From contig OZ374566.1 of the NCBI GenBank assembly GCA_977862235.1, forward strand, positions 310,001 through 374,000: DNA of 64,000 nucleotides, read 5' to 3'. Below are positions 22,301 to 31,927 of this stretch, in pieces; the stretch's first letter is position 1, and each line of letters opens with the position of its first letter. The notes beneath the pieces are model-generated. The model saw nothing but the letters and a program-made list of their open reading frames with translations. It made no database searches and was not told the DNA's origin. A program made the translations under genes and the position numbers. The stretch is from Dudresnaya verticillata. Taxonomy: Eukaryota.

Positions 22301-23731
22301 GCTGGCAAAATACTGCCTGCGAAGGGCGTGTAGTAGTACTGAAAACTTCGCAAAGATAGAACAAGTCAATCGACATATCTTGTGTCTTGGGCGTAGTAAA
22401 GGTTTTCAACTAGGAAGACTTTTTGAACGTTTTCCTTTCGTGGCCGTAAACAAGTCTCAGATGATGAGTAGCAGGATGAATTATTAGGATTATCTGCGAA
22501 ACACGATTTGTCTCGGTTGTGGCAGCAGCCAAAGCACCCGGACAGCCAGGGGAATGAGAAATTGTCCGTACAAATGCCAAGACAGAAAGATATTGAAAAG
22601 GAATAGACAGGACTCACGAGGACGGGTACTAAGGCGATATAGTGAGTAATGTTTCTGGTGAGTTTTATTTGCATCTACTCGTAATTGTGCTAAACTTGCA
22701 GTTGTACATAGCATCCTGAGATTTCAAAAGTGCAACGTTCCTCATCTCATTTCTGCCAAGTTGAGACCAGTTGCAAGCATATGAAAAACATTGCTTGGGT
22801 ACTTAGCCCTATAGGCTAGATGGAAATGTGCTGGAGTTGGCTGATATTTATATGTACATATGACAGGCTGCTAAGAAGTGTTTGTGTAACACTAGCAGAC
22901 AGAAGTGGGACCAATGCTGTGACAGATGGAGTAGAGAGGATTTTAAATATACATCCGTGAAGCTTTGAAACTAGATCCACCCTGAAGAAAGAAGGGTAGA
23001 AAGGCATGTCTGGCGTACACGTTTGAAGAGTTAGAGTACGATACAGGTTGGAGAGTAGTGATGGGTATATCGCATTTGTCTGCCCCAGCAATGGTGGAAA
23101 TGCGGATCAAAACGATTTGAGTAAATGATGGCAGAGCAGCCGAGACATAACGTTACGAATATGCGACTTACAAAGTATGGCAAGAAGATAAACGTTTCTT
23201 TAGGGCAGGTTTCCGTCTTCTAATAACTAAGTACAATTAGCAATGCTCTAAAAGCAGCTAGTGGCATCTCAATTATGACGGGTGCACCGCATTCTATTTA
23301 GAGAACTTGGAGACCTGCGAAACGATTTCTCGCATTTGCTGCGATGGGGCTGTAGCGTTTGGGAGGTATCATGTTGGTGTAGACAGGGTCAATAAAATGT
23401 GAGGACTGGAGCGAGTAGCTGTTTTGCGGGTGGTGTTTCTATGCAGTTTCCCGCTGCATGGCTAATAATCTGCCGCCGAATACGGAACCTCTCAAATGTG
23501 CAGTCGCCCTGCACGACCGACGCATATTTGCAATTTCAAGCATTTCCGGGTGCAGCAAAAGTGATGTGGTGTGGTCCTCAACGCTCTGCAGGTGGGTTGC
23601 TGATTTCAAAAGTCTAACACCCTCTTAGACATTCCCGTTCTCTATCAGCTCACTGGAGCAACTGTGGCCATTTGATCTCTTCTGTTAGATCTGAACGAGC
23701 GAGTTGTAAATGCGTTTCGAACGGAGAAACG

Positions 23732-25081
23732 ATGAGCTCGCAATTCCCCGTCCTCTATGTGCGTCCAACTACGCGCTTTGAGACCTTGAGCCGTAGCTCT
23801 CGAAACGGGGAGCGCTCGTCTCTCGTTCGCTCACTAATCCATTCAGTATCCTTGGATGCATGTTGCGCAGTAACTGCGCCCCGGATGGCAACAAGGGAAG
23901 AAGCTGCACTCGCTCATTCTCATCGATACCTGAATCTGTTGCGTAGCCAGTCGCGAATGGTAGGCCGGCCAGATGATGCGGACTCTGAAGATGCCTCTTC
24001 CGAAGAACCTGGTGATAGTGATTTCAGTGAGAGCTCTTCAGATGACGAAAATAAGCTCGAAGATGCGGGGCTCGTTGATGATTGTCCGGTATTCTATGGG
24101 CTCTGGGAGCTCGAGATGAATACGATCGGTGGGGCTGTCGTTGCTGCTCAGGCATTATGTTGCGGGTCGGCCTCAGTTGCTTGTTGGTTTGATGGAGGCA
24201 GGCACCACGCTTCTGCGGATTCTGCTGGGGGCTTTTGTTATTGTACGGTTTCTGGCGTTCCAACACTACGGTGCCAAAGCACTCCCCAACTTTTTGTGAC
24301 TCTAACCTTACCATGTCGCCTTTGCTCATTTCATTCACACAATCTCGGTTGGATTGCGATAGTGAATGACGCGGTCGTTGCCTGCAAGATTCTACTTTCC
24401 TGCCCTCGGTTCGAGACGATCTTCTATATTGACATAGACATTCATCATGGAGATGGAGTTGAAAATGCTTTCTTGTTCACAAACAAGGTTGTCACCATGT
24501 CTTTTCATCTCTGCGAGCCAGGCTTTTACCCGAATACAGACAGAAAGGTCCTTCCCGCTCGTGGCCCCGCGAGACCTGCTGCTGTCCGCATTCCACTCCG
24601 TCGCGGAATTGATGACGAAACTTACGTGAAGGTTTTTACTACGACTGTAGATGCTGTTCACACGTTCCATCGCCCAGATGCGATTGTTTTGCAGTGCGGG
24701 ACGGACGGTGTTTGCGGAGATCCGTTATGCGGTTTCAATTTGACCGGAAAGGCCTACACAGCATGTGTCCGACATGTTCTTGCATACCGCAAACCAACTC
24801 TGATTCTTGGCGGCGGGGGTTATCATCCTGCTAATGCGGCACGCGTGTGGACAGACGTATTGGAATGCTGTATCAAAGCAAACGGGCCAGTACGTACAAG
24901 GGACCCGCCAACAAAGTCGTTCGCAAGAACGCGCGATATTCCCCTCTGCGACGAGTACTTCGAGCACTATAGCCCATCATTCTCGCGTGACATTAGAACG
25001 CAGGTAATGGTGAATGAGAACCCCGAACATGAGCTGACTGAAATCATTGCGGAGATCAAGGAGCAATTTCCAACGCCATGA
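23732..25081 (+). CDS. Class I histone deacetylase, HDAC8/HOS1-like, 2 exons (23732-24242, 24363-25081)
   Basis: Motifs GLVDDCP, GGRHHA, GGFCY|LNDAV after removing intron 24243-24362, DIDIHHGDGVE, QCGTDG..GDP and GGGGYHPANAARVWT. Confidence 0.9.
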   Translation: MSSQFPVLYVRPTTRFETLSRSSRNGERSSLVRSLIHSVSLDACCAVTAPRMATREEAALAHSHRYLNLLRSQSRMVGRPDDADSEDASSEEPGDSDFSESSSDDENKLEDAGLVDDCPVFYGLWELEMNTIGGAVVAAQALCCGSASVACWFDGGRHHASADSAGGFCYCTVSGVPTLRCQSTPQLFVTLTLPCRLCSFHSHNLGWIAIVNDAVVACKILLSCPRFETIFYIDIDIHHGDGVENAFLFTNKVVTMSFHLCEPGFYPNTDRKVLPARGPARPAAVRIPLRRGIDDETYVKVFTTTVDAVHTFHRPDAIVLQCGTDGVCGDPLCGFNLTGKAYTACVRHVLAYRKPTLILGGGGYHPANAARVWTDVLECCIKANGPVRTRDPPTKSFARTRDIPLCDEYFEHYSPSFSRDIRTQVMVNENPEHELTEIIAEIKEQFPTP

Positions 25082-25138
25082 TCTGCTTCCATACGTTTCG
25101 CACCTTGCACTTGCTAACGGGCTACTCCGGAAATCGGA

Positions 25139-25642
25139 TCACGTGCTCCTCGGAATGACTCCTTGAGAACCGACAGTTGCGTTCTCCTTCATCGCGTCAC
25201 CAAGCCCAGGAGTGTCTGCTGCAGGGCTAGGATGTCTCTCCATTTGATCGTCCGCGCGTTCAAGCTTGGCCTTATATGCACGGATCCGTTCGCCCACGAC
25301 ACCTTTGACACGAGCCATGGAACGCTTAACCTTATACAGATTTGACTGTCCGTTCACCCAGTGACGGCGATTTGAGCGACACCACTCCTTCTCAGTGAGC
25401 AAGACGTTGCGCTCTTTCAGAAGAATAAACCATAGTCGATGTAGATCGTCGTATGACTTCAGCCTCAGTTCCGAGGTGCGCCAGGCCCGGCCGTTGCGAG
25501 CTGCCCCGGCCGTTCCATTCTTGTCGATGAATTCAAGTACCCCTTTCTGGGAATCGAGCGGTGGGTGGGGCTGACCGGACTTTGTCCCCACGAATCTGCG
25601 ACTTGTGAAGCGAATAACACTGGGCGTTGTGCGCCACAGCAT
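25139..25642 (-). CDS. MRPL47: Mitochondrial ribosomal protein uL29m (MRPL47)
   Basis: [33 protein letters not shown]...[14 protein letters not shown], with a basic presequence. Confidence 0.93.
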   Translation of the reverse strand: MLWRTTPSVIRFTSRRFVGTKSGQPHPPLDSQKGVLEFIDKNGTAGAARNGRAWRTSELRLKSYDDLHRLWFILLKERNVLLTEKEWCRSNRRHWVNGQSNLYKVKRSMARVKGVVGERIRAYKAKLERADDQMERHPSPAADTPGLGDAMKENATVGSQGVIPRST

Positions 25643-26041
25643 ACTGATCTTCAGATTTCTCTTCTTCTCAGGGCTGAGGCACCAGAGTAGAGCTGGAAGG
25701 CTAGCTGTGCTGGTCAATGACTTGGACGAAGGCGAAGTATGGACAGGAAGAGTTCTCGCCGATGTTTTGAGCGGCGTCTGTTACTCTAAAAATGGTCAAA
25801 ATACCGGATTTAGCACGTGCTCTTCATTGGGCCTTATGGCCCGGGCAAAGCCATTTCTCGCCGTCGATCTTCACAACCTTCAGAGTGTTCGAAGTGCAGG
25901 TGCAGATAGGCAGATAGAGGTGGGCACATCACAGAGCCAAGTACGCTAATAGGGAAATTGCCACACTGAGTTGTGGTGAGGTTATCTATTTAACGCAAGG
26001 GATAACTGGCTGGAGTGCACCTCATCGCGGGTGGTCATGCT

Positions 26042-27241
26042 ATGAACCGCATCGCCCTTCGGAGTCTACCGCGTCTGGCCGTCGCTGCTACGGGCCCGTC
26101 TCGGCCTACAATCTCGGCAAGCCGTCCAAAGTTCACCCGTTTTCTGTCAACTAGACCTACGGCCCCACCGACCTCACCGGAGTCGGTTATTCCAACGCCC
26201 GGAGTTGCTCTCCAAAAAGATGATCAAGCGGCAGTACAGCCCGAGGTGCTATCGGCGCCACCGGGCAATATAAATGAGGGTCTGACGGCTGCAACAGATG
26301 CTGCAAACGTTGCGGCGGAGGTTGTGGCCACCCAGACTACTTCGTTTTCCGATACCTTACTTCAACCAGCGTTAACCCTGCTTAACACCATGCACGATGT
26401 CACGGGTTTGCCGTGGTGGCTGACAATTGGGGTGTCTACAGTCGCAATCCGTGCAACGCTTCTCCCAGTGACGTTGATGACAATGCGGAATTCAGCTCGC
26501 ATGAGTGCTTTGAAGGATGAAATCGCTGAAAAGCGCGAGGCAGTGATGACGGCGGTCCGTTCTGGTGACCGACCCGCCGCCTCTGATCGGCAGAAGGAGA
26601 TGCAGCAGTTCATGCGTGATGCTGGGGTCACCCCACTGAAGGTACTTGCGGGGCCGCTGGTGCAATTCCCTGTGTTCATATCATTCTTCGTGGGGCTGCG
26701 GCGGCTCTCTCAAGCGGATCCGGCGTTTGCCACCGGAGGTGTGGCCTGGTTCGTGGATCTTGCTTCTAAGGACCCCACGTTCATACTGCCAGTGCTATGC
26801 GGCGTGTCATTGGTGACCATGACAGAGCTGGGTGGCGATTCTGGTTCTACACAGATTAGTCCACAGATGAAAATGGGTATGAGGGCAATCGCGGTCCTAT
26901 CGGTACCGATGACGTATTGGTTTCCATCTGCTGTGTTTTGTTACTGGATCCCGAACAATGTGTTCTCAATTGGTCTAGGTGCGGCACTGCGCACGAAGCC
27001 AACTCGTAAGTTACTGGGTCTGAATGTTGATCTTGCAACCATACCTGGGACTAAGGCGTTTAAGCAGCGCGCGGCGAGAACGACTTCTGCGAAGCAAGGG
27101 GGTTCTGAGTCTATCGTTGACCCTACCGCCGCTGTGGCGTCATATGCAAAAAGTGCCACTAGTACGGCTAGTGCACAAGTCGTCAAACCTGTTTTGCTGA
27201 AACAAAGGCCACCCAAGAAGATTAAGAGTTCAGTTAACTAA
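26042..27241 (+). CDS. OXA1: Mitochondrial inner-membrane insertase OXA1 (YidC/Oxa1/Alb3)
   Basis: TGLPWWLTI...IRATLLP, PLVQFPVFISFF.GLR, GG..WF.DL...DPTFILP and YWIPNN; mitochondrial-type presequence and basic C-terminal tail. Confidence 0.92.
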   Translation: MNRIALRSLPRLAVAATGPSRPTISASRPKFTRFLSTRPTAPPTSPESVIPTPGVALQKDDQAAVQPEVLSAPPGNINEGLTAATDAANVAAEVVATQTTSFSDTLLQPALTLLNTMHDVTGLPWWLTIGVSTVAIRATLLPVTLMTMRNSARMSALKDEIAEKREAVMTAVRSGDRPAASDRQKEMQQFMRDAGVTPLKVLAGPLVQFPVFISFFVGLRRLSQADPAFATGGVAWFVDLASKDPTFILPVLCGVSLVTMTELGGDSGSTQISPQMKMGMRAIAVLSVPMTYWFPSAVFCYWIPNNVFSIGLGAALRTKPTRKLLGLNVDLATIPGTKAFKQRAARTTSAKQGGSESIVDPTAAVASYAKSATSTASAQVVKPVLLKQRPPKKIKSSVN

Positions 27242-27803
27242 AGATTCCATTCAGTTACTATGTTATTAACTGTTCGTGCTAGTGCGCCGTCAGACGGAGC
27301 CGCCTGGTCTCGGAACAGGGCGAGAAAAGAAAGGTGGTAATAACTCGGGACAAAAGTACTTGGCTGCATTGTGTTTGTCCTGAGGGACCGACTCTGAAGG
27401 TGTCGTAGCTAGAACCGCTCTCTATTGTGTCTGTGTTTCATACATCTCCATCTCTAGCGGGCGCGTAGCTGCATATGTGAGTTTTGCTAAAGTTGTTGCT
27501 GAAATGATGACGTTCCTATGGACCCTAGAGTGACTGCACAACGGATGTACAGTAGTAGCCGTGAAGTGGTCGAAGCCGTCGGAGTAGTCGGAGCGGTCCC
27601 GCGTGGAGCCGACATTACTTTGAAAGGGCCGCAGTGCGTCTCAATCCGGGGGCACAGTGGGACAACAGTAACAACCAATCAAGCTGCAGAGCGTGGCGTC
27701 TCCCGGTCATACCTGTACTCAACACGTTTAAGCAGCCGGGAACGAGTAAGGACATGCAATCCTTCCCTTAGCTTTGAGGAGGCACTCATCTGAAGCAAGG
27801 GTC

Positions 27804-28688
27804 ATGGACGCCTATGCAGACCCACGGACGAGGTCAAAACGCGGCCGTGGCAGGGGCCGAGGTCGCGGTGCACGGGGTTCGCGCGCTAGGGGAAGGGGTC
27901 ATGGCAGAACATCGGCGGGAAGACAACCGAGCCACGCGCAAAGGAAGGCGGAGGAGCTAGGATCGAACGAATACCGCTTCCAGGAGCGCAATGAGGAAGA
28001 TGCAGAAGACTTTGATGCCGGAGCTGATTTTGCTGAAGAGGCTGCTTCAACGATGACAATCGACCCGCTGTACAATGAGCTCAAAGAAGACAAGTCACTC
28101 CCCGAGTTTTCGGTCGACCTTGGGCCTCTAGAAAAGGCACTCGAAAGCGTACCATTGTGGTTGCGACTCGGTGAAGTGTCTCGCTTCGCTCTTGGAGTTG
28201 CAGATGATGACGTGTTGGAAAATTATCTCGAGCCGTTTGATCTTGAGGACGTCGTCGATCCGCGTGATATTCCGTACGAAGATGATGATGTGGACGGGGG
28301 GCAACAGGGGAGCGCGCGACAGGAGGGGGGCGAGCGACAAGACGAAAATGATGTTACAGAGGAGATCGGTGCGCTGAACCTAAATGAAGCAGATGATGGG
28401 AGACGCGGGTCTGCCAAGGCAACGCTTGGTGAGGACTTCGCCCGCGCGCTTGACGACTTGGACTTCAATGATCATGGAGACCAGGGCGACGGTTGTACTG
28501 CGGGCGAACGCGGACTCGTGAAAAGAGAGCAGGCGCAAGTGACGGGAAGCAGCTCAGACAAAGAAGCTGTTGTACGGGACGGGTCTGCTCATGATGATAC
28601 TCCTTCTGCACTAGGGCGGAAAGGGGTTGCAGAAAAAGTTCCAAAAGCGGACGATAATGAATTCGATCAATGGCTTGATAGCGTATAA
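27804..28688 (+). CDS. AVEN-like / CER16-like RGG RNA-binding protein
   Basis: N-terminal RG repeats, then SNEYRF (cf. SNWDRY), GADF, FSVDL..LEKALESVPLWLRL and C-terminal EFDQWLDSV, in the same order as the AVEN motifs. Confidence 0.65.
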   Translation: MDAYADPRTRSKRGRGRGRGRGARGSRARGRGHGRTSAGRQPSHAQRKAEELGSNEYRFQERNEEDAEDFDAGADFAEEAASTMTIDPLYNELKEDKSLPEFSVDLGPLEKALESVPLWLRLGEVSRFALGVADDDVLENYLEPFDLEDVVDPRDIPYEDDDVDGGQQGSARQEGGERQDENDVTEEIGALNLNEADDGRRGSAKATLGEDFARALDDLDFNDHGDQGDGCTAGERGLVKREQAQVTGSSSDKEAVVRDGSAHDDTPSALGRKGVAEKVPKADDNEFDQWLDSV

Positions 28689-28781
28689 ACAGCAAAGATG
28701 CATTTGGGAAATGCGGTGAGGGTTACGTCTTTCTCTTTGTTCACATTCCTGACGCGCCTAGAAACTCATCTTTATCTGCCA

Positions 28782-31241
28782 TTATGCTACGTACTGGTAG
28801 AAGTTATGTCGCTCCCTTTGCCGTTCCAGGTACTCTCTCTCAACCAGGCTTTCGATTCGCTTCTTGATATCCTGTGGGTTCGGTTCGAATCGTGACGCCA
28901 ACTGCGTTGTTACCTCCGACATTAACAGGTTGTGCTCCAACACCCTCCGATGCTTCATGATGCGGACAATTACTGTGTCAATCACAGGCCTTCTGTCATC
29001 ATCAACGCGGCACTTGGTCTGATTCCGCTCGGATTCATTTTCCTTTTGTGCAGTGATCACTTGCATCTTGATACGGCGATTCTTGCACGCGAAGGCATCA
29101 TTAAATGTGAATCTGTCGTCTGGCTTCACTTCTTTCTCACGAGGCTCCTTCCTAAGAACCTTGTGCTTTGCTAGTGACAGGCTTTGAAGGTGACGGATCA
29201 ACTCTCGCTCCGGAATAGCAGTGGCTGCAGATATTTCTTTGTATGTCATACTGTCCCGATCGTTGAATAGCATCAGAATGCACATCGAGTAGGCCGACAC
29301 CGAAATGAGGTCAACAACCCTCGATCCCCCACCGAATCGTGCTCGGATCTCTGCGGTTCCAAGAGACGCCTGCCAGGTTAGCCGTCGCCCTTCATGTTTA
29401 TCGTCGTAGTATTCTTCGAACTTCTGGGTGCAGAATATTGTTGAAAGTGGAAGGTTCACCTTCTCAGTGGACGAAATTGGCCAGCTCATTGTGGTCAGCA
29501 CGGAGACACTTAGGTCAATCCCCTTCATATCAACGGAGTTCTTCTGAACCTTCTCCTTGAACGCGAAGGTTGTCTCCTCACTGGTCTTCATGTCATTAAA
29601 CATGACCTCCATCTTCGAGGTATAGAGATAACCGCATTCGGTTTTCAGCTTGCTAATCATGCTCCGTTCTGCGTCTGACGACGCCGTGCGTGCGTGCAAT
29701 AGGCGCTTCGTCAAGTGCTGCTTGTAGTACCTCTCGAAAACATCCTTCTCATTCAGGAATCGGAATAGGGTCATGACTGAATCCAGCTTCGATTCGATTT
29801 CGTCATCGTGCCCAGACTTGAAGTCCTTTCGGAGTAACTTGTCCACGAATAGTGAGATGTATTCCGGGGCTCGGCTATAGCTATTAATGAAACGTTCAAA
29901 CGCCTCACTCACTGCAGACACAAAGCGTTTGTCTGGGGTGCTAGTTACATTGTCTGCGCCAGCAATGTTGTCATTGGAAGTGCTCGCAGAAGGTCCTGCT
30001 CTCGATGCCCTCCCCACTCCCACCATATTAACATCAGTATCCTGAGTATCGCCAAGCCCATACGAGTACGGCAAGTTTGGATCCATTGGATTATTCCTGC
30101 CATTCGGGCCAGACGCTGCATTGCTTCCATTCCCTTTTGCCGCTTCTGGTGAAGCAGGCACTTCTTGTGAGCAGAAGGCTTTGCTGAGAATGTTGTCGTA
30201 CTTGTCCTTAAGTGTTAGAATGGCGTGGATTAAAGCGATAGGGTCTCGCACGTTCTCCGCGTCTTGCACGATGTCCGTTCCCCTTTCCAATACTTCGTTC
30301 TTCAACTTGGTGCGCATGAGTCCTTCCCCCTTTGGGATATCCGCAAACAAGGAATACATCAGCTTTAGTTCTGGTATTTTGTCGTTTCGCAGCATCCAAA
30401 TCAAACCAGAGTTTTCCATGTCCACTAATCGATCCATATACTTGGAGATGAGTTGATGCTCTGCGACCTCGCGAACCTTCGCCTCGGTGCACTTTTCCAG
30501 GTACGTCTCCACTCGCATGCGCTCCTCCGAAATGCGCCTGTTCGCCTTGCGCAGGTAGTCTGAGCAAGTAGTCTCCGACAAGTACAGACGTGCCTCGCGG
30601 GCGTAAAAATGGCGGGTTCGCTCCAAAAAGTCATCCTCGAAGATGTTGACGTATACAGACCTGCCGTTGTGGTCCTTGCCAAGTTCTGCGAGCATTCGTG
30701 TGACGGCACGGATGAGATGGACATCGACCGGCTCACCGTTGCGCTCGCGGTCAATGTTCTCTAAGAGGATGTCCGAGAGCAGCGGCAGAATGACGACATC
30801 CCGAATGACAAAATCACGAAACAGGGATAGTCCCAATTCATGCACGGTCTTCTTCTGGCGCGTCTTGACATAGTGTCTGTCCATATACATTAGGATATCT
30901 CTAACGTGTGTGAGCGAGAGCGAGAACCATACCCACTGGCGCTTGAGCTCAGCAAGGAAGGCAGGAGGTGGTGCTGAACGGATGGCTTCTGCAACACTGC
31001 GGAGGTGCTCGGTGAGAAGCTCAGTTAGCCCGGAGTAGAGATGGTCGCCGTGTTTGTGCAGGACCATGTTGTACGAATAGCGGTACAACTGCTCAAAGGA
31101 GAGGTTGGACGTGTTTCGCGAGTTTATCTCACGGATGGCATCACGAAGCGTCGCCCATGTTTCGGTGGCGAAGTGGGGGTCCAGCTGGACCGGTTGCGGG
31201 AAGGACGAGATGACGAAGCGGTTGGAGCTACGCCGAGCCAT
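28782..31241 (-). CDS. CUL3: Cullin-3
   Basis: LSFEQLYRYSYNMVLHKHG, DILMYMDR, MENSGL, PEYISLFVD, KDVFERYYKQHL, neddylation-site IVRIMK and IKKRIESLVEREYL. Confidence 0.96.
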   Translation of the reverse strand: MARRSSNRFVISSFPQPVQLDPHFATETWATLRDAIREINSRNTSNLSFEQLYRYSYNMVLHKHGDHLYSGLTELLTEHLRSVAEAIRSAPPPAFLAELKRQWVWFSLSLTHVRDILMYMDRHYVKTRQKKTVHELGLSLFRDFVIRDVVILPLLSDILLENIDRERNGEPVDVHLIRAVTRMLAELGKDHNGRSVYVNIFEDDFLERTRHFYAREARLYLSETTCSDYLRKANRRISEERMRVETYLEKCTEAKVREVAEHQLISKYMDRLVDMENSGLIWMLRNDKIPELKLMYSLFADIPKGEGLMRTKLKNEVLERGTDIVQDAENVRDPIALIHAILTLKDKYDNILSKAFCSQEVPASPEAAKGNGSNAASGPNGRNNPMDPNLPYSYGLGDTQDTDVNMVGVGRASRAGPSASTSNDNIAGADNVTSTPDKRFVSAVSEAFERFINSYSRAPEYISLFVDKLLRKDFKSGHDDEIESKLDSVMTLFRFLNEKDVFERYYKQHLTKRLLHARTASSDAERSMISKLKTECGYLYTSKMEVMFNDMKTSEETTFAFKEKVQKNSVDMKGIDLSVSVLTTMSWPISSTEKVNLPLSTIFCTQKFEEYYDDKHEGRRLTWQASLGTAEIRARFGGGSRVVDLISVSAYSMCILMLFNDRDSMTYKEISAATAIPERELIRHLQSLSLAKHKVLRKEPREKEVKPDDRFTFNDAFACKNRRIKMQVITAQKENESERNQTKCRVDDDRRPVIDTVIVRIMKHRRVLEHNLLMSEVTTQLASRFEPNPQDIKKRIESLVEREYLERQRERHNFYQYVA

Positions 31242-31927
31242 GGTTGGCGACAGTGAGGCCACGAGGCAAGCTGCGGGTGTGATGATTCAAGTTGCGGCTC
31301 TCTGTGATGCGGAGGCGCTGCAGTAGGCCGGGGTAGACGGACGGCGCGGTCGGTCGCGAGGCGAGGGCGAGACCGTGCTTGCCCCTTGTGTGTTAGTAGT
31401 GAGGGCGGTTGGACTGAGGGAAGGCAAAGGTAGGGGGAAGGCTGTCGCGCTTTTACCAGCTGCGGAAAAAATTCGGCTTTCCCAGGAAAGGGCCGCGTGT
31501 TGCCGTTTTCGATTGGCCGGTCCACCAGCCAGCGCGACTTCGCTTGAGCACCTTCCGACGCTCCGCCAGCGCGTGAACAGATCCTGCCGAGTCCCGGACC
31601 CCCCTTGTTACCGTGAACGGCGCCGTTGCACCCCCTTTTGCTACCACGGCACGGATTTCGCAGCTCGTGCACACACGTGCAGGACGTGAAGTTTAGGTCT
31701 GTGCCACGGTTCTCTCGGCGTGGCCTTTTTTTGTGCCAGTGGCGCGAATGCTGAGGCGAGTGGGGTTTGGTACGACCGACGTTGGGTGATCTGCAGCTTC
31801 GCCACCAGCGTTACTTGAGAACAGGGTAAGCCAGCACACGTTGGTGATTGCGCTCCCCCAACACGTTGGTGATGCGAAGGAAGCGGCATCTTGCCCGTGT
31901 ATCTCGATATTCCCACACGGACAAAGC

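Noticed and set aside
27500..27560. ATGATGA (C-box-like) words here and near 63645 as possible C/D snoRNAs
   Set aside because: No convincing D box spacing, terminal stem or rRNA-complementary guide could be identified.
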